Shown in pieces: positions 1 to 11,134 of a DNA stretch of 64,000 nt. The stretch is from Octopus sinensis. Its lineage: Eukaryota. The translations under genes and the position numbers were made by a program. The notes below the pieces were generated by a model. It saw only the letters and a program-made list of their open reading frames with translations, had not been told where the DNA came from and did not search any database. Within the stretch, counting starts at the first letter, position 1, and every line of letters begins with the position of its first letter. The stretch covers positions 41,044,001 to 41,108,000 of the forward strand of contig NC_043000.1 of the NCBI RefSeq assembly GCF_006345805.1. The letters run 5' to 3'.

Positions 1-360
1 GTGATGGTGACGGTGGTTGTGAAGATGGTGTGGTAGTTGTGAAGGTAGTGGTGATGATGGTAATAGTAGTGGTTGTAAAGGTGGTAGTGGTGGAGAAGGT
101 AGGAGTAATGATCGTTGTTGTAGTGCCATTGGTAATAGTCTTGGTGGTAATAATGGTGAGTGGTGATGGTTGTAGTAGCGACGGTGGTGCTAGTGATTCT
201 TTTAGAGCTTGTGGTGATATGGTGGTGGCAGTGGTGGTGGTAATGGTTGAAGTCGAGGTGTTTGCGATAGTGGAGGTGGTGGTGTTGTAGTTTTGGTTCC
301 AGTTCTGAGATGTGGTGGTGGTGGTGATAGTGTAAATGGTGATGTTTGTTGGTTGTTGTC
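1..360. repeat. Low-complexity (GTG/GTA)n-like trinucleotide tract
   Basis: Degenerate GTG/GTA/GAT triplets; the Val-rich ORF 30-290 is a compositional artefact. Confidence 0.85.
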
Positions 361-473
361 AGTGCTTTTGTTTTTTTATTTCGTTATAGCTGCTGTTGTC
401 ATTATTCTTTATATATTATTTGACCCAAAGAGAAGCAAAGGTCAATACTACCCATTGCCCCCTTCACTTACAG

Positions 474-617
474 GTTACACCAGTTAACGAGGGCGGTGCA
501 CTCATAACACGAGTAAGCGCACAAAGGGGAAAGGGTGTTCCGATCATAAGCAAACGAGGAATACGGATTGGACGAGTTGCTTCTTTCGGAGTCTGTGTGG
601 GTTTTGCTGTGTCGTAA
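474..617 (+). CDS. Candidate coding exon (possibly terminal) of an unidentified gene
   Basis: Pyrimidine-rich acceptor cccattgcccccttcacttacag|G at 473/474; open frame VTPVNEGGALITRVSAQRGKGVPIISKRGIRIGRVASFGVCVGFAVS*; non-repetitive, higher GC; alternative donor gtaagc at 513. No family recognised. Confidence 0.3.
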   Translation, partial: VTPVNEGGALITRVSAQRGKGVPIISKRGIRIGRVASFGVCVGFAVS

Positions 618-832
618 AGTGGACGATGGAGGTGGTTGTGGGGATGAATGTAGCCTTGGTTGTGTGGTTATATCGTTGGTTTAAGTGTCATAGATTTAGT
701 AGGTGTGGTTGTTGTTGCGGTGCTAGTGGATGTGAACAGATAAACGCAACTTCCTTGACTTGTTCCACTTGAAAGCATTAGAACCAGGAACATGACTGAC
801 ACAATGTATCCTGGTAGAAAGGATTTGTTTTT

Positions 833-1257
833 AAGGCGGCGAGCTGGCAGAAACGTTAGCACGTTGGACGAAATGCTTAGCGGTATTTCGTCTGCCGTTA
901 CGTTCTGAGTTCAAATTCCGCCGAGGTCGACTTTGCCTTTCATCCTTTCGGGGTCGATTAAATAAGTACCAGTTACGCACTGGGGTCGATGTAATAGACT
1001 TAATCCGTTTTATCTGTCCTTGTTTGTCCGCTCTGTGTTTAGCTCCTTGTGGGTAGTAAAGAAATAGATATTTCGTCTGCCGTTACGTTCTGAGTTCAAA
1101 TTCCGCCGAGGTCGACTTTATCTTTCATCCTTTCGGGGTCGATAAATTAAGTGCCAGTTACGCACTGGGGTCAATGGTCAATGTAATCGACTTAATCCGT
1201 TTGTCTGTTCTTGTTTGTCCCCTCTATGTTTAGCTCCTTGTGGGCAATAAAGAAATA
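833..1257 (+). mobile_element. tRNA-derived SINE family A (Meta-domain-like core), dimeric copy with 17-bp TSD
   Basis: Head ggcggcgagctggcaga, B-box gagttcaaattcc, core gccgaggtcgactttgcctttcatcctttcggggtcgat twice; TSD agaaaggatttgtYttt at 816-832 and 1258-1274. Confidence 0.9.
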
Positions 1258-1965
1258 AGAAAGGATTTGTCTTTGATTCTGTGTATTAGATAATTGCAGT
1301 TGCTGCCTGTCAATGTTAGCTGGTTATCCCGAAGAAGCTACAGAGACTTTTCAATGGTATCACAGACGAACACTTGTAATAAGTCAGCTTAAACCAAATA
1401 ATTCCACCATCAGTTTAATTCAAATCGTCTAGATCTGTCACGAGTTACTTCAAACTAACTCGGGAAATAATGGCAAATAAACTCAAAGAGTTAGCTGTTT
1501 TACCGAGTTATATAGCCCGATTCGCTACTCCCATATACTTTACAACTTGATAAAGTTTTGCAGGAACGTACGCTGCAGTTTTCAAAGATTTTCATCGTGT
1601 GATGCGGCATATCTGCTGAGAATTTCATTAAAAGCGACCAATAGCAAACTAACTTGGAAGCAAAATGTACCAGAAATTTATTGATTGTGAAAATCTGATT
1701 AAACGCATGCTTGTGTGCCAATGAAACCCTGAGTATAGACCACACGAATCAAAAACCATATATCTACAGATATATGTATACATATATAAATATGCGTGTG
1801 TGTGTGTAAGTATAGTGGACGAAAGCGCTAATATATGATATATGATTTATAAAAACATGTAACATACTAATAAATATCTGTAAATATAAAACCATCCAGA
1901 TTTCTGAGTACCTCATTTCTTCTAATATATACCTGTACATCATCTCCAAACCTTCTAATATATAC

Positions 1966-1996
<31 letters not shown>

Positions 1997-2005
1997 ATAT
2001 ATATA

Positions 2006-2054
<49 letters not shown>

Positions 2055-2464
2055 CGTACATACATACATACATACATACATACATACATACATACATACA
2101 TACATACACACATATATATATATATGTACATGTACACACTCATATATATTGTTGGGATTCTACCTTTTCTTACTTGGAATTTCACAAGCATAAAAGTGTG
2201 TGATTGTGCTGGCAATATATAATTCAATGCAGATAACTATGTAAATATATGCTTGAAAGCAAATTTACCGCGATATTCGGCCAGAAATAATATCTTTGTG
2301 GATGATCTTTCTTTAAAAATTCAGTGTATATCGAAGGCTAGCGCCGGATTTCGGCCTCGCCGAAACTTATCAAGGATGTGAACTCACGGACGGCCAATTG
2401 CTTAGACGCAACTTATCGCTTCCGATATATAGGAAAATAATCAATAAACATTCACTAATATTAG

Positions 2465-2636
2465 TGTCAAATTTTGACACAAGGCCGGCAATATTTTAGA
2501 AAAGGGGCAAGTCGTTTACACCGACTCCAGTTTTCAACTGGTGCTTGTTTTATCGACCCTGAAAGTATGAAAGGCAACGTCGACCTCGGCGGAATTTAAA
2601 CTCAGAACGTAAAGACGGACGAAATGCCGCTAAGCC
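2465..2636 (-). mobile_element. SINE family A, older partial copy
   Basis: gaaaggcaacgtcgacctcggcggaatttaaactcagaacg is the reverse complement of the family A core. Confidence 0.85.
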
Positions 2637-2724
2637 TTAACATTCACTTAACATTCACTTATATTGAGAACAACTACACCGTTATATGTAATAGAAACAG
2701 TATTAAAATTAAAATAAACAAGTC

Positions 2725-2995
2725 TCGTAGCATGTGTCTGGCTATGAGTACATGTCATTAACAAGCTTCGTTGCAGCTGAAATGCGTCTGTCAATTTTGT
2801 TAGCAGCTGCGGAAACTATTTTCATCCTACGTCGATATATATTTTGTTTTAAGCACAACGCATCCATCAGAGATGTTATATCTTGACGAATACCACAGTA
2901 AATTGGCCTTCCAACGATGTAATTACAATAAGTATTAAACACGAGCTGTTTTAATTTAACAATGCTGCTTTTACATATAACGGACAATTCAATAT
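2725..2995 (+). pseudogene. Decayed coding segment of a hydrophobic protein, paralogous to 6410-6660
   Basis: Conceptual translation MCL-YEYMSLTSFVAAEMRLSILLAAAETIFILRRYIFCFKHNASIRDVIS* aligns with the 6410 segment; several synonymous third-position differences. Confidence 0.35.
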
Positions 2996-3319
2996 ACATA
3001 CATACATACATACATACAGATAGATAGACTTACAGACAAGCAAATATACATATAATATTATATGATATAATGTATATATATATACACACAGGAAGTAAAT
3101 CATATATTTGTGAGTGTAAAAGTAAAATATGATATTGAATTGTCCGTTATATGTAAAAGCAGCATTGTTAAATGTGTATATATATATACACATATATATA
3201 TATATTTATATGTACGTATGTATGTATGTATATGTATATATGTATGTATGTTTGTATGTATGTATGTATGTATGCATAGTAAAATATTGCCAACTAAATG
3301 TGGCGGTTTCATAGAGGAC

Positions 3320-3490
3320 GATGCTGCTGTTGTTTTAGCCCCAAGAAGACATCTCCTCCAGCTGGCTAAACGACACACTGTGTCCGATTAGTATTTGCAA
3401 GGGGAAAATCATCGTTCCATCCCTAGCCTTACATGATACACACAGACCCGGGTTTCTGAGTAGTGACCCGTCATCAGTGTGTGATAATCA
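3320..3490 (-). mobile_element. Short repeat element carrying a type-I hammerhead motif (copy 1)
   Basis: Homologous to 59346-59515 (+): shared ttgcaaatac, agccagctggag and gggcta segments. Confidence 0.65.
3439..3482 (-). ncRNA. Minimal type-I hammerhead ribozyme motif
   Basis: Minus strand cacaca-CTGATGA-cgggtcactactca-GAAAC-ccgg-GTC-tgtgtg: canonical core, 6-bp stem I, palindromic stem III; stem II has a C-A closing mismatch. Confidence 0.75.
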
Positions 3491-3754
3491 CGAGCTAGTG
3501 AGGAAAATGCATTCCACACACAAACTGTCGCTGATCTCGAAAAAGTATTTTGCGAAAAAGTATTTTGCGTATGGAATGAGCTCGCTATTGTAAAATTTTT
3601 GTAAGCAAATATGTTAATGAAAATATAGTTTAGTTGGTAACCAAAAGCTTATTGAATCTTTTGATACTTCTTACTTGAAAATCGGCAAATCGGTTTTGGA
3701 GTGCATAAGGAACATACGCACACACACACACAAACTCTCTTTTATAGTTATCTC

Positions 3755-3985
3755 TCTATATATAAAACTGAGAATGTGTGTCTGTCTGTCTGTCTGTGTG
3801 TTTCCCTAAAACTTGAGAACTACGCAACCGATTTCATTCAAATTTCTCACATGCCTTACCTAGGGTCTGGGGAGTGTCATCGGCAAAAAAAATGTTTAAC
3901 TTCTTGCCTAGAGCGAGCCCACAGCAGTATCATATCTTCTCCACTATTTCAGTAGTATGTGTTAAAAGTGAAACAAAAACATCTA
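3755..3985 (+). mobile_element. Non-autonomous Helitron-like 5' end
   Basis: tctatatatataaaactg start, (GTCT)n tract, then accgatttcattcaaattt; typical layout of animal non-autonomous Helitrons. Confidence 0.55.
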
Positions 3986-4002
3986 TCTATTGTATGTATA
4001 TG

Positions 4003-4083
<81 letters not shown>

Positions 4084-4084
4084 C

Positions 4085-4865
4085 AAAATATAAAGTTATA
4101 TCTTGAGATCGTTAGTGACAACAACGCTCAAAATATATAACAGACTGGAACAGTAGTGCTCAAATGAGCTGTATACACTTTTTAATCCGAGAGGAGGCAA
4201 TGCGAGCAGCAACTACAAAAGCACTACAAAATCCACAGAAAGGTCAAACACATACATATATTCATATATTCATTTATATATACAGAACAGACATAAAGCC
4301 CGACGTTTGGAACTATATAAGCATCATATAAAAATATATTGTACGCATAAGATCCACTCAACGTTCCATAAGACATTTAGAAATAAAAATTGCAATAAAA
4401 GTTAGAGGTAATAATAACAATTGAATTAAATATAGTAAATATAGTAGGTAGTAATTAAATATATTTTATTTTATTAAAATGGTAATTAAATCGTAATATA
4501 ACAATTAAAAGAAAAAATAGCAATTAGTATAAAATGTATCAAGGACTTGAACTCGAATATGTGGCTTTGCATGAATGGGAGAAATTAAAAGATGAAAAAT
4601 TTAATTGAGTGCAGAAGTGAATTAGTCCAGATGGGGCTATGCTCATACCATTTACCATAGCTGCTAGATTGAATTATATGCTTATAAAGTAGCATTCAAA
4701 AACACCCTGATAAATCCATCACTGAGTATAAGAACTAGTCATGTCATAATCATTTATTTAATTGATGAATAAATATACCTTCTCATCTCGAAATACTCGA
4801 AGTACTTTCCATAATCTATCGTTTACCTCGTTCCAAATGGGACGATTAATAATAACAGCGCACGA
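4085..4865 (-). mobile_element. Heavily degraded Penelope-like element remnant
   Basis: Abuts (TA)n; minus-strand fragments loosely resemble PLE RT motifs; degenerate ribozyme-like atgatgct...ccaaacgtcgg near 4300-4328. Confidence 0.3.
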
Positions 4866-4940
4866 ACGCATATATATGAATGGATGTATAGCCTAAAGTA
4901 ATGTGTTGTATAGCTTAAAGTAAACGCATAGCCTAAGGTA

Positions 4941-5005
<65 letters not shown>

Positions 5006-5406
5006 CTTTCAATCTTATACTAATACTGAATTATATCGTACTTGCCCTTTCTTCTCTGTTATCAACACAAACAATCAGCAAACACGAAGCGGAAGTTGCT
5101 ATACGACATCTTTCTTTATTCTCTAAATAATTCCCGTCGAAAAGAAACACCATTAAGTGGAGAGAAGAAGAAATCAAAGACACTTATGCACAATTTTTAT
5201 ATATGTTTAAGCAATTTCCTATATAGGCACAAGGTCTGAGATTTATTGCTAATTGTGGTTATCTATTATTTGGTCAATGGACTGGAGAATCTCGGTCGAA
5301 GCAGCTCGAAATACGTGATCGATTATAATGTATGTTTTAAACGAGGATATGGTGCCGGCGAGTAAGCAATATTATCTATTACCTCTCTCTAGCTCCCCCT
5401 TCTTTG

Positions 5407-5465
<59 letters not shown>

Positions 5466-6267
5466 TTATCTATTTATCTATCTGTCTGTGTGTCTGTGTG
5501 CCTGTCTCTTTGTCTGTCTGTCTGTCTGTATGTATGTATGTATGTATACACACAAACACACATACACACCTTTATACATATATGCATACCCTTTGTTAGG
5601 GTTTACGCTTATTTTAAGCCAACATAAATAGATACATTCAAAATATACGCGTATCAATGATTTATGTGAATGTAATATTAACCCATTAATGTATCGAGTC
5701 CCCAAACGGGAGATTCAAGAAGAAGTCATACAATATGAAGTCTTTATTGGTTGTAATGGATTGTAGACGAAAATTCAACTTAAATTATTTTGGATGATGT
5801 TGTCAAGAGGTTCAGCGGTAAAAAGGTTTATAGTTCCACCCGTAAACTCATGCCAAGAAATGTGATAATAATAAAAAATATTGCCAATAATGCCGCAAAA
5901 AAAATTAGAACATAGCTATCCCTTTTGATGAGGAATTTAAAATTAGAAATTCAAACTAACATACAAAAAGGAAAATTCTTGAGTTTGGCAGAGCCTACAC
6001 CAAGAAGGGGAATATTTGTCTGCATTGCGAAAAAGTAAGTGAGAAAAAGAAAGAGGATGTTTTTATGATGAAAGCTTTCTCAATTTTATGACACAAATCC
6101 CACATTTTAAGAAATTTCAAAAGAAACGAGTAAAGTATTTCTGAAAAAGAACAGAATCATTTCACCTGTTTATTTTTTATATTTCTTAATTATATTTTTA
6201 CATTACTTATGGGAAGTCTATGTTTTTTTTGTTTCAAGGCGTAATGTTTATATACATACATACATAC

Positions 6268-6301
<34 letters not shown>

Positions 6302-6323
6302 GATATATATATATATATATATC

Positions 6324-6371
<48 letters not shown>

Positions 6372-6409
6372 CTATATATATATATATATATTGAAGCAGT
6401 ATAAAATTA

Positions 6410-6801
6410 ATACAATCATCTATGCCTCATTCGTAATGAATATATACCATTGATAGACTATTTACTGCATCTGGCGTTCTCACTGGCTGCTACTGGCGTG
6501 ATTATTCGTCACCCTCCGATATTTATTGTGTTTTAACATAGCAGGCCCGTAACAGATGTTATCTCAAGATGTATCGGCATCTATGTTAATACTGCCTATC
6601 CATCTTGTATTATTCAGTCTGGTGGTTATTCGCAACATCAGCGAATACTTAATTCACAGCAGTGGATTTTCCTTTCCCTCCGATAATTACTGCATTTTTG
6701 ACACAGCACAACAATAAGAGATTTAGCTAGGGACAAATACCGTCGAAATTGGCCTATCAATGGTGAATATCATAGAAAATCACGCTCTCTCTCTCCTTCC
6801 T

Positions 6802-6852
<51 letters not shown>

Positions 6853-7165
6853 GTATTATCTATTGTTTGTTAGTCTTCTTCTTTTCTTTTGGTTTATTTA
6901 CCACGGTATGCGAAGTAGAGAGACATAAAATTATTAAACCATCGGTTGAAGGATGAGGTGAGTTGAAGGAAGAAAATCTTATACAACTTTTGAATTTGAT
7001 TGCAAAAGTATCTCCCTTGAAAATAATGCTTAAAATAACTGATATAGTTCATTAAATATTTTATGAATCCTTCATATTCGTTTTGGAAGTAACGGCGAAT
7101 TACTATATCGTCAAAATATAAATTCTCTTAAACAGGGTTTATCAAATGATAAAGTCAGAGAAGTT
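6410..7165 (+). pseudogene. Decayed multi-pass membrane protein gene (class-A GPCR-like?)
   Basis: With frameshifts: [57 protein letters not shown]...DNYCIFD, IIYCLLVFFFSFGLF, MNP-FIFVL...YRQN. Confidence 0.3.
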
Positions 7166-7329
7166 GAGTAGTAAACTTCAGGGAAAGAGTAAGAGTAGAA
7201 AAGTACTGAAGTCTCAAACGACAAACAGTAAATATGTGATAATGAGATAGTAAGAGTATCAGACAATAAAAATATGTATAGAGCTTTATGATACAAAATT
7301 ATACATATTTTATGATAAAAAATACTGAA

Positions 7330-8571
7330 TTCTTTTATTGTTTATTGAAAATGAACTTTAGAAGTAAAATTTTCATACAAATATTTATTATGCAATTATT
7401 CGCTTTAATATAATTAACTAAACTACGAATTCAATAAAATTTTGGAATAAAGAAATGTAATTTGTCTGATAATTAATGATCATATAAAAATAATAATTAT
7501 TTGAAAATGATAATTTTCATATGGATATATGTGTGAGGATCACGGTTTCCTTTAGTTTGTAAAATTCATCTGATAGTTACATATAAACTGATTGCATTAA
7601 CAACCAATAAAAATGAATCTGTAATCTTCCAAACAATTTTAGTTCAAGTCTGTAATCATATGAAGAAATAATGACAAATAACTCATTTACTCTTTTCCTT
7701 GTTTCAGTCATTTGACTGTGGCCATGCTGGAGCACCGCCTTTAGTCGGGCAAAGCGACCCCAGGACTTATTCTTTGTAAGCCTAGTACTTATTCTATCGG
7801 TCTCTTTTGCCGAACCGCTAGGTTACGGGGATGTAAACACACCATCATCGGTTGTCAAGCGATGTTGGGGGGACAAACGCAAACACACACATACATATAC
7901 ATATATACGACGGGCTTCTTTCAGTTTCTGTCTACCATATCCACTCACAAGGCTTTTGTCGGCCCGAAGCTATAGTAGAAGAGGTGCTACGCAGTGGGAC
8001 TGAACCCGGAACCATGTAGTTGGTAAGCAAGCTACTTACAACACAGCCACGATCATATAAACATAATAATTATTTGAAAATGATAATTTTCATATGGATA
8101 TATGAGTGATGATCAAGGTTTCCTTTAGTTTGTAAAATGCATCAGATAATTACACATAAACTGATTGCATTAACAACCAATAAAAATGAATCTGTATTCT
8201 TCCAAACAATTTTAGTTTAAGTTTGTAATCATATGAAGAAATAATGACAAATAACTATAAATAATTTATTGGCAAAAATTTGTATTTTTGATCTTGTATC
8301 AAAATGAAAAGTTTAATGTAATTCAAATGATTCAAATCATTTTAGTATTTAGCTTATATAGGGAGTGTAGCTCAAGTTAAATTGTATCTGTGAGTGTATG
8401 CATATAAAATCAACTTCTTTTATTGTTAACTCAAGTTTTGAAAATGAACATTTGAAGTAAAATTTTCATACAAATAGTTATCATGCAATTATTCGCTTTA
8501 ATATAATTAACTAAACTACGAATTCAATAAAAATTTGGAGAAAAAGAAATGTAATTTGTTTGACAATGAAT
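7330..8571 (+). repeat. Local direct duplications A(7330-7477) B(7478-7683) [SINE] B'(8051-8256) A'(8415-8571)
   Basis: B and B' both 206 bp with about 11 mismatches by eye; A and A' about 140 bp with a few mismatches and one indel. Confidence 0.9.
7684..8050 (-). mobile_element. tRNA-derived SINE family B (internal microsatellite), near full length
   Basis: gtttcagtcatttgactgtggccatgctggagcaccgcc ... gcagtgggactgaacccggaaccatg ... acacagccac. Confidence 0.9.
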
Positions 8572-9889
8572 AGCTGATGGGATGGATGCTGGACTGATTG
8601 ATTGGCTGGCTGACTAGATTATTGGAAAAATACATCAATGGACGGCGAACTGGATGTAAGGTCACTGGCTGACTAGATGTCTGAAAGTTGAACGGATAGA
8701 CTATTTTTGTTTTTGCGTAACATCAGGTGTGCTCTGATAAGGTAGGCCTGTAATTAAAAGCATTCTAATCGTAGCTCTCACCCCTTTTTTTTCAGACAAG
8801 GTTTATCTTTGCATTAACTAATATATCCTTCCATTTTTATAATAAAAGCTTTGTAATTAGAAAGACATTTGGCTGCTATTTCTATCAGATTTATTGATCG
8901 TATAGAATCTCTATTGGTAGATGGATAGATGGCTGGATGAATTGATGGTTGGGTGGTTGAAAATTAAGATTGATAGGTAGACAGGCCGTCAGATTTCCAG
9001 GCAGACAACTTGTAAGGAAAGAGCTTAAGGACCGATGTTACAGATAACAGTTAATGATATATAGACGATTAGAGGCCGGATCTTATTGATAACCATCAAC
9101 ATAAATAAAGAGATAGAAAATGTCCTTTAAGTCTACAGACAGACACAACTACAGATATAGACAGGGTAACATATATTCTGACTCATACAAACACAGAAAC
9201 ATACAAATACATACATGCGCCAATACGAAAACAAATATATGCTTTTAGAAGATTTGTAGCCTGCAAGTGTCAAGAGAAAGTAATATGATACGATCATTAA
9301 AATGTTAATGCAATGTGTGTTTTGAGCCTTTACATTTACACTCTGAATTCACATATATCTACTTATACGTAAATTCGCACGCTCGTGTAAATAAGTGTAT
9401 GTGTATAGATATGTACATATTTTTCTCTTTCTATGCATGTGCCTACACATTCCCCCGTATATGCGCGCATGTATATATATATACACACATAATATATATA
9501 TGTACACACACACGCACACACACGCGCGCACACAGAGGCACATACACGCACACACATAATATGTAAGGCAGGAAAACCGAATGTAAGAGAAAAGATAGTG
9601 CGAGGTATTCATATGGCAAGAATATGTACTTCTGGAATCTTGCCGACTTAGTAAGATGTAAAGCTTCTTCAATCAGTATTAATTTGAAGATCAGCCTTGA
9701 ATTTTTCCACATTAAATGTATTTACGACAATATGGCTAATGATATTGGTACTCTGTGGAAAAGACTTTGTGCATATACTGTTATGCAAATGAAATACCGA
9801 AAGGTCTCTATAAGAAAAAAAAGAAAGAAAGAAATCCCGCTTTACAAAGCTATTAATTGGCTCAAAAGAATAACTTATTACATATGGGA

Positions 9890-10645
9890 TTTAAATTTTG
9901 TCCAGCAATTTCGATGGATGGGATAAGTCGATTACACTGCCCCCAGGGCTCAACTGTTAACTTTTTTTATCGACCCGAAAGGTTGAAAGGCAAAGTCGAC
10001 CTCGGCGGAATTTAAACTCAGAACGTAAAACAGACAAAATACCTATTTCTTTACTACCCACAAGGGGCTAAACACAGAAGGGGACAAACAAGGACAGACA
10101 AACGGATTAAGTCCATTATATCGACCCCAGTGCGTAACTGGTACTTATTTAATCGACCCCGAAAGGATGAAAGGCAAAGTCGACCTCGGCGGAATTTGAA
10201 CTCAGAACGTAGCGGCAGACGAAATACCTATTTCTTTACTACCCACAAGGTGCTAAACACAGAGAGGATAAACAAGGACAGACAAACGGATTAAGTCGAT
10301 TATATCGACCCCAGTGCGTAACTGATACTTATTTAATCGACCCCGAAAGGATGAAAGGCAAAGTCGACCTCGGCGGAATTTGAACTCAGAACGTAGCGGC
10401 AGACGAAATACCTATTTCTTTACTCCCCACAAGGTGCTAAACACAGAGAGGACAAACAAGGACAGACAAACGGATTAAGTCGATTATATCGACCCCAGTG
10501 CGTAACTGGTACTTATTTAATTGACCCCGAAAGGATGAAAGGCAAAGTCGACCTCGGCGTAATTTGAACTCAGAACGTAACGGCAACCGAAATACCGCTA
10601 AGCATTTTGTCCGTCGCGATAACGATTCTGGCAGATTGCTGTCTT
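9890..10645 (-). mobile_element. SINE family A array: three young 184-bp units inside an older copy
   Basis: gaaatacc recurs at about 10036, 10221, 10405, 10589 (period 184); terminal body and head are more diverged. Confidence 0.9.
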
Positions 10646-10869
10646 AATAACTATTTACATATTAAATAAAGTATCTTGTAGCCCAATCGGAGTCTCTCGA
10701 TTACGTCATAGTTTGTTTCTGTTAGTCAAGCACACATCCGCGTTTATTTGATTTCATTAATATTAAAAAGAAACGGACGACTGAATACTTATCTATGAAC
10801 CATTTAGACAGCAAGCTATTGCTAGAGGGCTAGTGCGCCTTAACTTGCAAAAATAAACAAAGAGATATA

Positions 10870-11086
10870 TGAGGAGGTGCTGAAAAATTCCTGGCTTTGG
10901 ATAAAAGAAAATACAGGAGGCTCAATTAATTATGATTTTATTCGACATATTCCCGTCTCAGATTCACAAACTTATTGTAGCGGTCTTTCAGTTTTTCTAA
11001 GCCCCCTAAAAGAACTCAGAAGGTTGGGCTTCCAGCCGGTCCTTTCGTGATTTCCTTAAAGCCAAGAACTTTTCAGCACCCCCTCG
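10870..11086 (-). mobile_element. Mariner-derived MITE
   Basis: TIRs tgaggaggtgctgaaaaattcctggcttt / aaagccaagaacttttcagcaccccctcg; interior (minus) reads EFF*GGLEKLKDRYNKFVNLRREYVE*, the mariner transposase C-terminus; TA on the left. Confidence 0.85.
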
Positions 11087-11134
11087 TTTAAGTGTACAAG
11101 CATTTCGCTGTAATACAAATTTTAAAAAATAATT

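Noticed and set aside
470-862. Thr-rich minus-strand exon with signal-peptide-like start (ORF 668-862)
   Set aside because: Every minus frame has stops between the apparent acceptor (810) and donor; the ORF start lies inside a SINE
833-925. tRNA gene (also at 31190-31260 and 31346-31420)
   Set aside because: A/B boxes belong to SINE heads attached to SINE bodies; no proper cloverleaf
7136-7250. Possible Lys/Ser-rich exon after ttctcttaaacag
   Set aside because: Short, low complexity, no partner exons; better explained as the tail of the decayed segment
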